From contig JAXHVD010000001.1 in the NCBI GenBank assembly GCA_034189385.1, positions 1 through 64,000 of the forward strand: 64,000 nucleotides of DNA. Reading direction: 5' to 3'. The notes under the pieces were generated by a model, which was given only the letters and a program-made list of their open reading frames with translations, was not told where the DNA came from and did no database searches. The position numbers and the translations under genes are program-made. This DNA comes from Thermodesulfobacteriota bacterium (GTDB taxonomy: Bacteria; Desulfobacterota; Desulfobacteria; Desulfobacterales; C00003060). This document shows, piece by piece, positions 40,555-49,832 of the stretch; the stretch's first letter is position 1, and each line of letters starts with the position of its first letter.

Positions 40555-43500
40555 ATGGAGTTCAATTTTGAAAACAAGCTGATCGGTGTGGCCAATCGGG
40601 GCATTCCGGCCCTTCGTGTGGGACGAACGATCAGAGAGATGGGTGCTGTCTATGCGGCCTTTTTTACGCCAATAGACAAGACCGCGCCGCATGTGTCCAA
40701 GGCAGATAAGGCCTTTAGCCTCTCTTCAGTGGGGGGTTATTTGGATATAGAAGAGATTGTACGGATTGCCAAAAAGTATGGGGTGGCGGCCCTTCATCCC
40801 GGCTGGGGCTTTGCTGCCGAGGACAACCATTTTCCTTCTATGTGTGAAGCCCACGACCTTGTCTTTATCGGCCCCTCAGAGGGGCCCATGAAGAGCCTGG
40901 GCAACAAGGTCAAGGCCAGGGAGCTTGCCAAGTCACTGTCCGTTCCTGTGGTGGAGGGCTCTGACGGGGCCGTGTCTCTTTCAGAGGCACGGGGGCTCGC
41001 CGAAGAGATCGGTTTCCCTGTCATGATCAAGAGCGAAGGGGGCGGCGGCGGCAGGGGCGTTGTGGTGGTCCACTCCCAGGAGGAACTAGAAGGCCAGTTT
41101 CCCAAGGCCTCTGGCATGGCAGAGGCAAGCTTCGGCAACCCCAATCTTTACATTGAGCAATTCCTCCCCGTGGTCCGGCACCTTGAGATACAGGTCCTTT
41201 GCGACAAGCTCGGAAACGCCGTGGCCCTTGACGAAAGGGATTGCTCTTCCCAGAGAAGGTATCAGAAGCTTTTGGAGATTACCCCGTCGCCATGGGAAGG
41301 GGCTACCCCGGAGCTGCGGGCTGCCTTAAAAGAGGCGGCCCTGAAGATGGCCACTGCCGTGGGGTATGATTCGATCATCACCATTGAGTTTTTAGTCGAT
41401 GACCAGCAGAACTTTTACTTCATAGAGGCCAATACCCGGCTTCAGGTGGAGCACGGCATTTCAGAGCTTCTCTACGGCATAGATATCGTGGAAGAGATGA
41501 TACGAATTGCCTTTGGTGAAAAGCTCCGTCTGAGAGAAGGGCAACTCAGGCCCAGAGGGTTTGCCATGCAGTGCCGGATCAATTTCGAAGACCCCCAGCG
41601 TGATTTCATGCCCAATTCCGGCACCATCACCCGGTATCTCTCCCCCGGCGGTGAAGGGGTTCGCCTCGATTCCTGCGTTTTTGGCGATTATGAATTCCCC
41701 AAGGCCTATGACTCCCTGGGTGCCTTGCTCATGACCTATGGCGACACCTGGGCAAAGACCGCCTCCACCATGGAAAGGGCCCTTTCGGAATACTTCATCG
41801 GCGGGCTTAAAACCACCATACCCTTTCACAAAAAGATCGTCACCCATCCCGTCTTTGAATCGGGCGGTGTCCACACCAAATTCATTGAGAACACACCGGA
41901 CCTCATTTCTTATGAAGACGTTGTGCCGGAACACCTTCGGCTGGCAAGGCTCATGGCGGAGATCACGGCCTTGGGGCATAATCCCTATATCGGCCTCGGC
42001 CCTTATAGAAAGCGTGCCCATGCCAGGGTAGGTCCCATGGCAAGGGTGGAGGTCTCATCATCGAAAGAGCCCTCAAGGGTGAGCTATGAGCCGCCCTTTA
42101 AGCCCGATGACCACAGAGAGGTGGTGCTGGCCTATCTTCGAGACTCGGAGTTCGTGGAGTTTGCCAACACCACCCCCAGAGACGTTACCCAGTCAGAGTC
42201 CGGAAACAGGTTCAGACTCTTTGACGATCGATTGGTGGGTCCACTGATCGACCAGTGCGGGTATGTGTCCATTGAAAACGGGGGAGGAGCCCACTACCAC
42301 GTGGGGATGTTGGGGTGTATGACGGACCCGTGGGCCGAAGCAGAGGAATGGAATAGCTTTGCCCCACATACCCAGAAAATGATCCTCATCCGGTCTACCA
42401 ATATCCTGGGATATGCCCCCCAGGCAAGGGAGGTCATGGAGCGAACAGGCAGGCTCATCATCAAGGATTATCATGTCATACGGTGCTTTGACTTTTTGAA
42501 CCACATTGACAACATGGTCCCCTTTGCCAAGATCGTGCTTCAGGCAGAAAACCGTATCTTCCAACCGGCCATCAGCCTGAGTTGGGCTGAAGGGTTTACC
42601 ATCGAACATTACCTTTCCGTCCTGGATGAGATCCTGTCCATGGTGGGTCGCATCCTGGGTTGCGATGAGACCGGGGCCTCCAAACAGATTATTTTTTGTC
42701 TCAAGGACATGGCCGGTGTCTGCCCCCCCCGCTTCGTCTATGACCTCATCTCCGCCATCTTGGACAAATACCCGGAACTGGTCATCCAGTATCACAGGCA
42801 TATCACCGATGGGCTGGCCGTGCCGGCCCTGGGCAGTGCAGCAAAGGCCGGGGCCAAGATCCTGGACGTGGCCGACGGCCCGGCCGTGCGGTTTTACAGC
42901 CAGGCGGCGGTCCTGCCGGTAGTTGCCTACGTGGAAGGGGAGCTGGGCCTGAAAACCCGCCTCGACAAAGACAGGATTCGGGAGGCGGCCTTTGTCCTAA
43001 AGCAGATCATGCCTATTTATGATCACTACTGCCGGCCCACCTTTCTGGGTCCGGATCACGATGTGACCCGCCACGGCCTTCCCGGGGGCGCTACTTCGAG
43101 CAGTCAGGAAGCAGCCTTGAAGCAAGGATACGCTTTTTTGCTTCCCCATATTTTGCTTATCCTTGAACTGGTTCGAAAGCTTATCCGCTACCACGATGTG
43201 ACCCCTGGCTCTCAGATTACCTGGACAAACGGGTACATGATGGCCGTGAAGGCCTACGAGCGCGGGGGATTAGGAGAAGTTGATCGGATGATCGATCTTC
43301 TAAAGACCGTTACCTCCACAAAGGAGGCCGCACTGGACGATGACGTGAAGAAAGACCGCCTGGTCCTATTTTCCCATGCAAACGATGCCTTAAAGAACCT
43401 TCTTTTGGGAAAGTTCGGCAAGCTTCCCCTTGGCTGGCCTGCTGACTGGATCTACGAGTCGGTCTTTGGTGAAAACTGGCCCGACGCACAGGCCCAGCGT

Positions 43501-44229
43501 ACAGAGGAGAGTCCTCTTACCTTCTTGCCTCCCGTGGACATGGAGGCCATTGAGAAAGAGCTGGCCGGGCACATCGGACGAGCGCCCACGGAAAATGAAA
43601 TCGTCAACTATCTTAATCACCCGGGAGATGCCCTGAAGCTCATAAAGAACCTGGAGAAGTATGGAGAGCCCAACGTCTTGCCCGATGACATCTGGTTTGA
43701 AGGGCTTGTGCCTGGGGTAGAGCGGGAGTTTGTCAAATCCGATGGAAAGGTGCACACCGTAAAGATCATACGGGTGGGTAGAGTCCGCCCCAGCGGCACA
43801 AGAAGGGTGCGGTATAAGCTCGACTATGAAGTCTTTGTGGAAGATGTGAAAGTGGCCGAGTCGGTGGAGGCAGGGCCCGGGCGTGAAATGGCTGACAAGA
43901 AAAACCCTTATCATATTGCGGCCCCCTTTGATGCAGACCTGTGGCTCGTGCACAAAAAGGAGGGCCATTCTGTCAAGGCCGGAGAAGAGGTCTTGAACCT
44001 CTCTATTATGAAGACGGAGTGCGCTGTTACTTCCTCTGTAGACGGGGTAGTAAAAAGGGTCGTGGTTTTTGCCGATTACAAGGCCGATAAAAAAATGGTT
44101 TCTGTGAAAAAGGACCAGCTCCTCATGGAGCTAGCCCCGCCTCTTGAACGATGCCCCAGTTGTAATGCTGGCATTGAAGAGGAGTACAGATTTTGTCCGA
44201 AATGTGGGCACAACCTCAAAAGCCCGTGA
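40555..44229 (+). CDS. pyc: Pyruvate carboxylase (single chain) with C-terminal zinc ribbon
   Basis: BC (ANRG, HPGWGF, GGGGRG, ERDCS.QRR, EANTRLQVEH), CT (PRD..QS, LKDMAG, H.H), BCCP (IMKTE), CPSC..CPKCG. Confidence 0.88.
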   Translation: MEFNFENKLIGVANRGIPALRVGRTIREMGAVYAAFFTPIDKTAPHVSKADKAFSLSSVGGYLDIEEIVRIAKKYGVAALHPGWGFAAEDNHFPSMCEAHDLVFIGPSEGPMKSLGNKVKARELAKSLSVPVVEGSDGAVSLSEARGLAEEIGFPVMIKSEGGGGGRGVVVVHSQEELEGQFPKASGMAEASFGNPNLYIEQFLPVVRHLEIQVLCDKLGNAVALDERDCSSQRRYQKLLEITPSPWEGATPELRAALKEAALKMATAVGYDSIITIEFLVDDQQNFYFIEANTRLQVEHGISELLYGIDIVEEMIRIAFGEKLRLREGQLRPRGFAMQCRINFEDPQRDFMPNSGTITRYLSPGGEGVRLDSCVFGDYEFPKAYDSLGALLMTYGDTWAKTASTMERALSEYFIGGLKTTIPFHKKIVTHPVFESGGVHTKFIENTPDLISYEDVVPEHLRLARLMAEITALGHNPYIGLGPYRKRAHARVGPMARVEVSSSKEPSRVSYEPPFKPDDHREVVLAYLRDSEFVEFANTTPRDVTQSESGNRFRLFDDRLVGPLIDQCGYVSIENGGGAHYHVGMLGCMTDPWAEAEEWNSFAPHTQKMILIRSTNILGYAPQAREVMERTGRLIIKDYHVIRCFDFLNHIDNMVPFAKIVLQAENRIFQPAISLSWAEGFTIEHYLSVLDEILSMVGRILGCDETGASKQIIFCLKDMAGVCPPRFVYDLISAILDKYPELVIQYHRHITDGLAVPALGSAAKAGAKILDVADGPAVRFYSQAAVLPVVAYVEGELGLKTRLDKDRIREAAFVLKQIMPIYDHYCRPTFLGPDHDVTRHGLPGGATSSSQEAALKQGYAFLLPHILLILELVRKLIRYHDVTPGSQITWTNGYMMAVKAYERGGLGEVDRMIDLLKTVTSTKEAALDDDVKKDRLVLFSHANDALKNLLLGKFGKLPLGWPADWIYESVFGENWPDAQAQRTEESPLTFLPPVDMEAIEKELAGHIGRAPTENEIVNYLNHPGDALKLIKNLEKYGEPNVLPDDIWFEGLVPGVEREFVKSDGKVHTVKIIRVGRVRPSGTRRVRYKLDYEVFVEDVKVAESVEAGPGREMADKKNPYHIAAPFDADLWLVHKKEGHSVKAGEEVLNLSIMKTECAVTSSVDGVVKRVVVFADYKADKKMVSVKKDQLLMELAPPLERCPSCNAGIEEEYRFCPKCGHNLKSP

Positions 44230-44370
44230 CGATAATCATTGCCCGGGTCCCAGGGAGGCGTATGTTAGCCGGGGCCATGAGAATAAAGGATTTAGGGAAT
44301 CAAAAGCTTCCAACGGCGCCAGGAGAAGGCCATCAAAGGCATTCGCGGGGAAAAGGAGAAAGACCAGGCT

Positions 44371-44517
44371 GTGAAAGAAGGCCGAGCTAAAGGGCGCAGC
44401 CTTGAGGCTGTTTTGCTCAAGGCAGCTTTCGTTGTGATCCTTTTGGCGGCTGCGGTCCTCTTTGTGCTCAACAACTACTTTCCAGCGGCTGCGGACCGTC
44501 TTTTCGGCTCTATGTGA
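44371..44517 (+). CDS. Small single-pass membrane protein (48 aa)
   Basis: AAGGAG RBS, GTG start, AAFVVILLAAAVLFVL; below ORF-track cutoff. Confidence 0.4.
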   Translation: MKEGRAKGRSLEAVLLKAAFVVILLAAAVLFVLNNYFPAAADRLFGSM

Positions 44518-44537
44518 GGCATTGCCACGTGGCGAAA

Positions 44538-45545
44538 ATGGCTCGGGCCTTCATACTAAGCTTTGTGGTCCTATTGATGCACATTTGGGCGGAGCCGGCC
44601 TGGGGCAATGCGGCAGGCCATATATGGGGGGTGCAATTTGAAAACGATTTTTTTGGCGGCGGCACGGACAGACATTTTACCCATGGCACGCGTGTGAGCC
44701 ACCTTACCAAGCCCATCCCGTGGATGACGAAGGCTGCTGACAGACTTCCCTGGTTTAGCGCTGAGGAGGCCCGTGAGGATGACGCAGGCCGATTGAAGGC
44801 ACGGGCCACCATCTCTCTTGGTCAGAACATTTATACGCCGGAAGATATTGCTGTTCGCGAAATGATAAAAGAGGACCGTCCTTATGCTGGCTGGCTTTAC
44901 GCGGGCTTTGGACTGGTCATCAATCGAGATGACAAGCGCTATGATCAGGTTGAACTGGATGTGGGCGTCGTTGGCCCCTCCTCGTTTGCCGAAGATGTGC
45001 AGAAGAAATGGCATAGCATATTCGGATTGCAGCGTCCCAATGGTTGGAACCATCAATTGGACGACGAGTTGGGTGTTGCCCTCTTCTATGAACAGGCGCG
45101 TCGGTTTCATACAAAAGAAGCGATCTGCGGCCTACAGTGTGATGTCATCCCCCATCTTGGCGGGGCCGTGGGTAATGTTTTTACCTATGCTGCCGCAGGG
45201 TTGACCATGAGGCTAGGACTGAACCTCGAAGATGATTTCGGCTCGCCCCGCATCCGGCCAAGTCTGCCGGGCGCCGGGTATTATCAGCGCCAAGACTTCA
45301 ACTTTTACCTGTTCGCTGGTGGGGAGGCGCGTGCGGTCTTGCACAACATATTTCTTGACGGCAACACCTTTGCCGAAAGCCATTCCGTGGACCGGAAGCC
45401 TTTGGTCGGGGACGTTCAGGTAGGCATTGCCGTGCAGGTAAGCCGTTTTCGCATAACCTACACCCAGATATACCGGACCAAGGAGTACGACGGACAAGAC
45501 AGCGCTGACCAGTTTGGCGCCCTGAGCCTTTCGTTAGAGTTCTGA
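44538..45545 (+). CDS. Lipid A 3-O-deacylase LpxR family outer-membrane protein
   Basis: ENDFF..TDRHFTHG, GQNIYTP, DRPYAGWLY, NIFLDG, terminal Phe. Confidence 0.92.
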   Translation: MARAFILSFVVLLMHIWAEPAWGNAAGHIWGVQFENDFFGGGTDRHFTHGTRVSHLTKPIPWMTKAADRLPWFSAEEAREDDAGRLKARATISLGQNIYTPEDIAVREMIKEDRPYAGWLYAGFGLVINRDDKRYDQVELDVGVVGPSSFAEDVQKKWHSIFGLQRPNGWNHQLDDELGVALFYEQARRFHTKEAICGLQCDVIPHLGGAVGNVFTYAAAGLTMRLGLNLEDDFGSPRIRPSLPGAGYYQRQDFNFYLFAGGEARAVLHNIFLDGNTFAESHSVDRKPLVGDVQVGIAVQVSRFRITYTQIYRTKEYDGQDSADQFGALSLSLEF

Positions 45546-45640
45546 CGCGGGATACCTTAGATTTCCCGTACCCTCGGCGTTTCTTGGGTTGGGGGTCATC
45601 ATACCTCTATCTTATTGCTAGGGTGCAAGGAGGACTTACT

Positions 45641-46543
45641 ATGAAGACGCTTATATGTGTGGACGGAGGGGAGAATGCCCTGAAGGCTGTCAGACTGGCA
45701 GGGCGGTTTGCCTGTACCGTAAGTGAAGAAGCCACTTTTCTTCATGTGCAGAGACACAGGTCCCAGACTCGGACCCAGCCCCTTGTACCCCAAACGATCG
45801 CCATATCTGCGGAGCAGTGGAGGCAGACTCCGGAGATGAAATCTCTCCTTGAGGCCGAGGACGTTTTTAAGAAGACCCGCACATGGGAAGAACATAGGGC
45901 CGAATTGGGAGAGCCCCAGACCGCCCTTATACAAGTTGGCGATGGCGTCTTGGAAGTGGGAAGAGTTCAGCTGGGATCTGACTCGGGAGTCCATCTGAGG
46001 ATCCGGCCAGGGGTTCCTCAAGAGGAAATACTGGCCGAATTGGAAGAGGCCCGATATGACCTTGCGATTCTGGGCGCTCATCGAATCCCTGGATGCGCAT
46101 GGTCTGAGATCGAGAACGGCCCCCTGTATGTGGCCCAGAAGGCTCAGCTCCCAGTTATGGTGATAGGTAGGGAATTTGAAGAAGGTCAACCGTTGTTAGT
46201 CTGTGTTGGAGAAAAGGACCCTCCAGAGTCCACCCTGGAGCTGGTTCGGGTCGCAGCCACAAGGATGAAGACGGACATTGATGTCCTGAGGGTACTCAAG
46301 AGCCCAGACCCCGGCTTCTCCTTTAGTGAAAAGGTCTCTTTCATGATGGAGAGGTGGTTAGCCAGTGGGCTGAAGGTAACGCCGAAGGTTGCGGCAGGGG
46401 ACCCTGTCACCATGATTTCCGAAATGGCGCCTGACTATGGCCTCATTGTATGTTCTTTTGCTGACAAACATAAGAAGGGGCGCCTGGGGAAGGTCACTAA
46501 GAACGTCCTTTGCAGTCAGTTCAATCTACTTGTTACAAGATGA
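45641..46543 (+). CDS. Universal stress protein (tandem USP domains)
   Basis: LICVDG...A..A, G.P.EEIL, DLAILG, PVMVI; second degenerate domain. Confidence 0.85.
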   Translation: MKTLICVDGGENALKAVRLAGRFACTVSEEATFLHVQRHRSQTRTQPLVPQTIAISAEQWRQTPEMKSLLEAEDVFKKTRTWEEHRAELGEPQTALIQVGDGVLEVGRVQLGSDSGVHLRIRPGVPQEEILAELEEARYDLAILGAHRIPGCAWSEIENGPLYVAQKAQLPVMVIGREFEEGQPLLVCVGEKDPPESTLELVRVAATRMKTDIDVLRVLKSPDPGFSFSEKVSFMMERWLASGLKVTPKVAAGDPVTMISEMAPDYGLIVCSFADKHKKGRLGKVTKNVLCSQFNLLVTR

Positions 46544-46559
46544 TGTCACCATAGGGCCT

Positions 46560-46654
46560 CATCTTTGTGATGGTGGCGCATCTTTGTGATGGTGGCGCAT
46601 CTTTGTGATGGTGGCGCATCTTTGTGATGGTGGCGCATCTTTGTGATGGTGGCG
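46560..46654. repeat. Perfect tandem repeat, 5 x 19 bp (CATCTTTGTGATGGTGGCG)
   Basis: Five identical abutting units, no spacers. Confidence 0.97.
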
Positions 46655-46670
46655 CCGGGGGGATGTGCGC

Positions 46671-47072
46671 ATGATTACTGTGACGGCAGGGGTGCTGTTC
46701 AGAGAGACCAGGGTCTTCATTGCCAAAAGGAAATCCGTGGGAAGGCTTGCCGGCAAATGGGAGTTTCCCGGAGGCAAGGTTGAGGACGGTGAGACGGCAG
46801 AGGAAAGCCTAAAGAGGGAACTGAAAGAAGAGCTTGAGATAGAGGCCGTGGTGGGAGATTGCCTCGGAGAGCGTATCCATCGCTATGACTTTGGCACCGT
46901 AAAGGTGTTATTTTTCAGGGTCCACTGGGCCGGTGGAGAGATTCACTCAAAAGACCATGACCAATATGGCTGGGTCCCTTTGGATGAATTGAGTCGCTAC
47001 GATTTCGTCCCAGCAGACCGGCCCTTCGTAAAAAGGCTTATGAACGGAGACTGTGGACGAGGGGATAGCTGA
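46671..47072 (+). CDS. NUDIX hydrolase, MutT/NudG type
   Basis: WEFPGGKVEDGETAEESLKRELKEEL. Confidence 0.93.
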   Translation: MITVTAGVLFRETRVFIAKRKSVGRLAGKWEFPGGKVEDGETAEESLKRELKEELEIEAVVGDCLGERIHRYDFGTVKVLFFRVHWAGGEIHSKDHDQYGWVPLDELSRYDFVPADRPFVKRLMNGDCGRGDS

Positions 47073-47289
47073 TGCCATCGGGGGCCATTGCAAGATAACG
47101 CCGGATCGGAATAGATGTTGACCTGACAGGCTGTGTAGAAAGTGGCAAGAAGACTTTTTTGCAGAAATGTTGTGGCCTTTGGGTACCAGACACGCTATAG
47201 AAAGAGCGTTGCCTCTACGTAGGGGTTTTCCTCTACACTTATCTGCTGAGAGACAGAAGGCCCAAGACCTTTTCTGGGATGAGAGAGAC

Positions 47290-48642
47290 ATGGGCATCGC
47301 CGCACACGTTGAAGAGAGAATCGAACAGAAGAAGACTGATTACACCCATTACGGGTTCACCAGTGTTGAGAGCCAAGCCCTGAAAACGTATTTTGACCTG
47401 GCTCAGGAGTTTGAGAGGCTTGAGGACATCTATCAGGTGTCTGTGGCTATACCAAAATTGTATTTTGACCTGGAGGCCAGACTCTATCTGATGGACCTTG
47501 AGAAGAAGCGCCTTTGCCTGGTGGCAAAAACGGATGAAGGCGAAGGGGAGATCGGTGGTCCTCCTCCCACAGAGATCAAGCCTGCCCAGGGTGCATATCG
47601 CGTAAACCGCTCCATGATCCTTACCATAAGAGGGAACAGGCAGTTTGTAGAACAGTTCCCCTTTGGGCCAGAGAAAGATCTCATCGGCATCCTGGAAGTG
47701 TATCCGGTCGAGGAGCAGAATACCCACCAGGAGCTTTTCTTTGAAAAATACGCCAATCGCATCGGCTTCAGTCTACATATTCGTTCTTTGCTGCGGAAGA
47801 ATATGGAACACTTAGAATTCATCCAGGGATTGGTAGCCGATATCGAACACAATGTGATTGTTCCCAATATGTTGTACCGGCTGTTCTTGAGACGTCTGAG
47901 CGGCAAGATTCAGAAAAACAGGGAAATTGAAAAACTGCTGAAGTCCTTTCCTTTGGGAGATACCCCATTGTGTAAGAAAGAGCTGGAACCCATTCTGGCA
48001 GAGTTGGCAGAAGTCAATCGTGGTCTTACGGAGGAGTTTCGGAGTATTAAAAAGCATTATCACAGCACAAGCCTTTTCCTTGAGACCTTGCTTCGAAGGA
48101 GTCATTTTGACGAAGGCAGACTCACTCTTCGGACCAAGGCCTGCAACATGAAAAAGGCGGTGGTGCAGCCCCAGCTTGAAAGATTTGAGGAACGGTTTGC
48201 TGAAAGGGGCATAGCAATAGACGACAAATATAGTGGCATCCCTGACGAAGAGACGATATCTGTAGTGGACATCGGCTTGATGGCACAAGTGTATGCCAAT
48301 CTTTTTTCTAACGCTCTGAAGTACACTCACGAAATAACCAATGATGCAGGGGAACAGAAGAAATACATCGCCTATGGAAGGGAGTTCATGAAAGACTATT
48401 TTGGTCCGGGAAAAGATGGTATCAAGTATAATGTCTTTAGCACGGGGCTTCACATTGCACCTGAAGAAAGAGAAAGGATTTTTGAGGTGGGTTACAGGGG
48501 TTCCAACGCCTCCAATAGGCCGGGCACCGGACACGGCCTGGCATTTGTGCGAAACGCAGTAGAAATACACGGTGGGGTGGCAGGCTACGAGGCGAGTCCT
48601 TCTGGAAATAACTTTTACTTCATCCTTCCTGTGCGGCATTAA
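47290..48642 (+). CDS. Cytoplasmic sensor histidine kinase (atypical boxes)
   Basis: EHNVIVPN, NLFSNALKY, IFE.GYRG, GTGHGL, HGG. Confidence 0.85.
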   Translation: MGIAAHVEERIEQKKTDYTHYGFTSVESQALKTYFDLAQEFERLEDIYQVSVAIPKLYFDLEARLYLMDLEKKRLCLVAKTDEGEGEIGGPPPTEIKPAQGAYRVNRSMILTIRGNRQFVEQFPFGPEKDLIGILEVYPVEEQNTHQELFFEKYANRIGFSLHIRSLLRKNMEHLEFIQGLVADIEHNVIVPNMLYRLFLRRLSGKIQKNREIEKLLKSFPLGDTPLCKKELEPILAELAEVNRGLTEEFRSIKKHYHSTSLFLETLLRRSHFDEGRLTLRTKACNMKKAVVQPQLERFEERFAERGIAIDDKYSGIPDEETISVVDIGLMAQVYANLFSNALKYTHEITNDAGEQKKYIAYGREFMKDYFGPGKDGIKYNVFSTGLHIAPEERERIFEVGYRGSNASNRPGTGHGLAFVRNAVEIHGGVAGYEASPSGNNFYFILPVRH

Positions 48643-48677
48643 GAAGGGTATCTTGTTACGGACAAACAGGGTTCCAC

Positions 48678-49172
48678 ATGTTTACGATTAGAGACATTAT
48701 TGATTTGGCCATCCAGATAGAAGAGAACGGCGAAAGGGTCTATCGAAAAGCCGCTCAAAAGGTCTCTGCCACGTCCATCGCTGCCTTGCTTCTCCAGCTG
48801 GCCGATGATGAGGTGAAGCACGCCAAATGGTTCTCCGATATGAAAGAGAAGGTGACGAGGAGCGTAGACGATTCCGAGGTAGAGGAAAGAGGGAAGAGAG
48901 TCTTGCAGGGCATCCTCGGAGACCAGAGCTTTTCACTCAAAGACGCAGATTTTGCAAGTATCGAAGAGGTGGAAGGTCTCCTTAGGGTGGCCATTGAGTT
49001 TGAAGAAGACACGGTGCTCTTCTATGAGATGATTCGGTCCTTTGTTGATGATAAAGAGACGTTGGACCATTTGGACACCATCATTGAAGAAGAAAACCAC
49101 CATGTCTCACTCTTAAAGAGGTCTCTGCTGACGCTCCATGACTCATCCGTTTTGGCGAAGACTTCTCAGTGA
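48678..49172 (+). CDS. Ferritin-like/rubrerythrin family protein
   Basis: IEE.G..Y, DEVKH, FEED...FY, EENHH diiron motifs. Confidence 0.9.
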   Translation: MFTIRDIIDLAIQIEENGERVYRKAAQKVSATSIAALLLQLADDEVKHAKWFSDMKEKVTRSVDDSEVEERGKRVLQGILGDQSFSLKDADFASIEEVEGLLRVAIEFEEDTVLFYEMIRSFVDDKETLDHLDTIIEEENHHVSLLKRSLLTLHDSSVLAKTSQ

Positions 49173-49556
49173 CGTTGTCTCCGCAATGTGTCTTAGTTTG
49201 TACGACAGGTCTGCTGCTTTAAAAGGCTTTTCGATAAACCCGTGGATGCCTATACGAGCTGCCTCGGACACGAGGTCGCTGTCTCCATAGGTCGTGACCA
49301 GTATCTTCATAATATCGTAATGAGACGCTCTTACCAGCCTGAATAGCTCTAGCCCATCCATGTCCGGTAGCCTATAATCGGTGATGACGATGTCGAAATC
49401 CTGGCCGCGAAGAGCGTTTAGTGCTTCTTCGCCAGTCTCAAAGGCGAGAAATTGGCACCACTCTCCCTCAAAAAAGAGACTCAAAGAGTCTCTTATCCAC
49501 TCGTCACCGTCTACAAACAGGATCTTCGGCTTTCTCAACTTGGTCTTTAGGCCCAT
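49143..49556 (-). CDS. Single-domain response regulator
   Basis: ILFVD, ITDYRLPDMDG, FIEKPF. Confidence 0.9.
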   Translation of the reverse strand: MGLKTKLRKPKILFVDGDEWIRDSLSLFFEGEWCQFLAFETGEEALNALRGQDFDIVITDYRLPDMDGLELFRLVRASHYDIMKILVTTYGDSDLVSEAARIGIHGFIEKPFKAADLSYKLRHIAETTSLRSLRQNG

Positions 49557-49630
49557 AACGTAAGATGCCGTTTACAGAAGAAGCAGAAAGGGTCGGCACT
49601 GCCCATTTGGATCTGGCGTGCCATGAATTG

Positions 49631-49832
49631 GTAACGTTCAAAAGTTGAGGCAAAGGCCTTCAGCGGGCAGTTAGAGAGATAGGGATGATCGCTGAACGCA
49701 GGCATACAGCCGTTGCCATCTACACAAATGGCATGGGCTACCTAAAGGCATTGGATGCCGAAGAGAAGCGATTATCCCTATCTCGAAGTTGGTTGTCCAG
49801 AAATCCACTCAGTCAACACTTTTGAACGTTAC
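49631..49832. mobile_element. 202-bp MITE-like element with 15-bp perfect terminal IRs
   Basis: GTAACGTTCAAAAGT (49631-49645) and ACTTTTGAACGTTAC (49818-49832). Confidence 0.65.

Noticed and set aside
46560..46654. CRISPR or guide-RNA array
   Set aside because: Units are identical and abutting with no spacers; no cas genes in the window.
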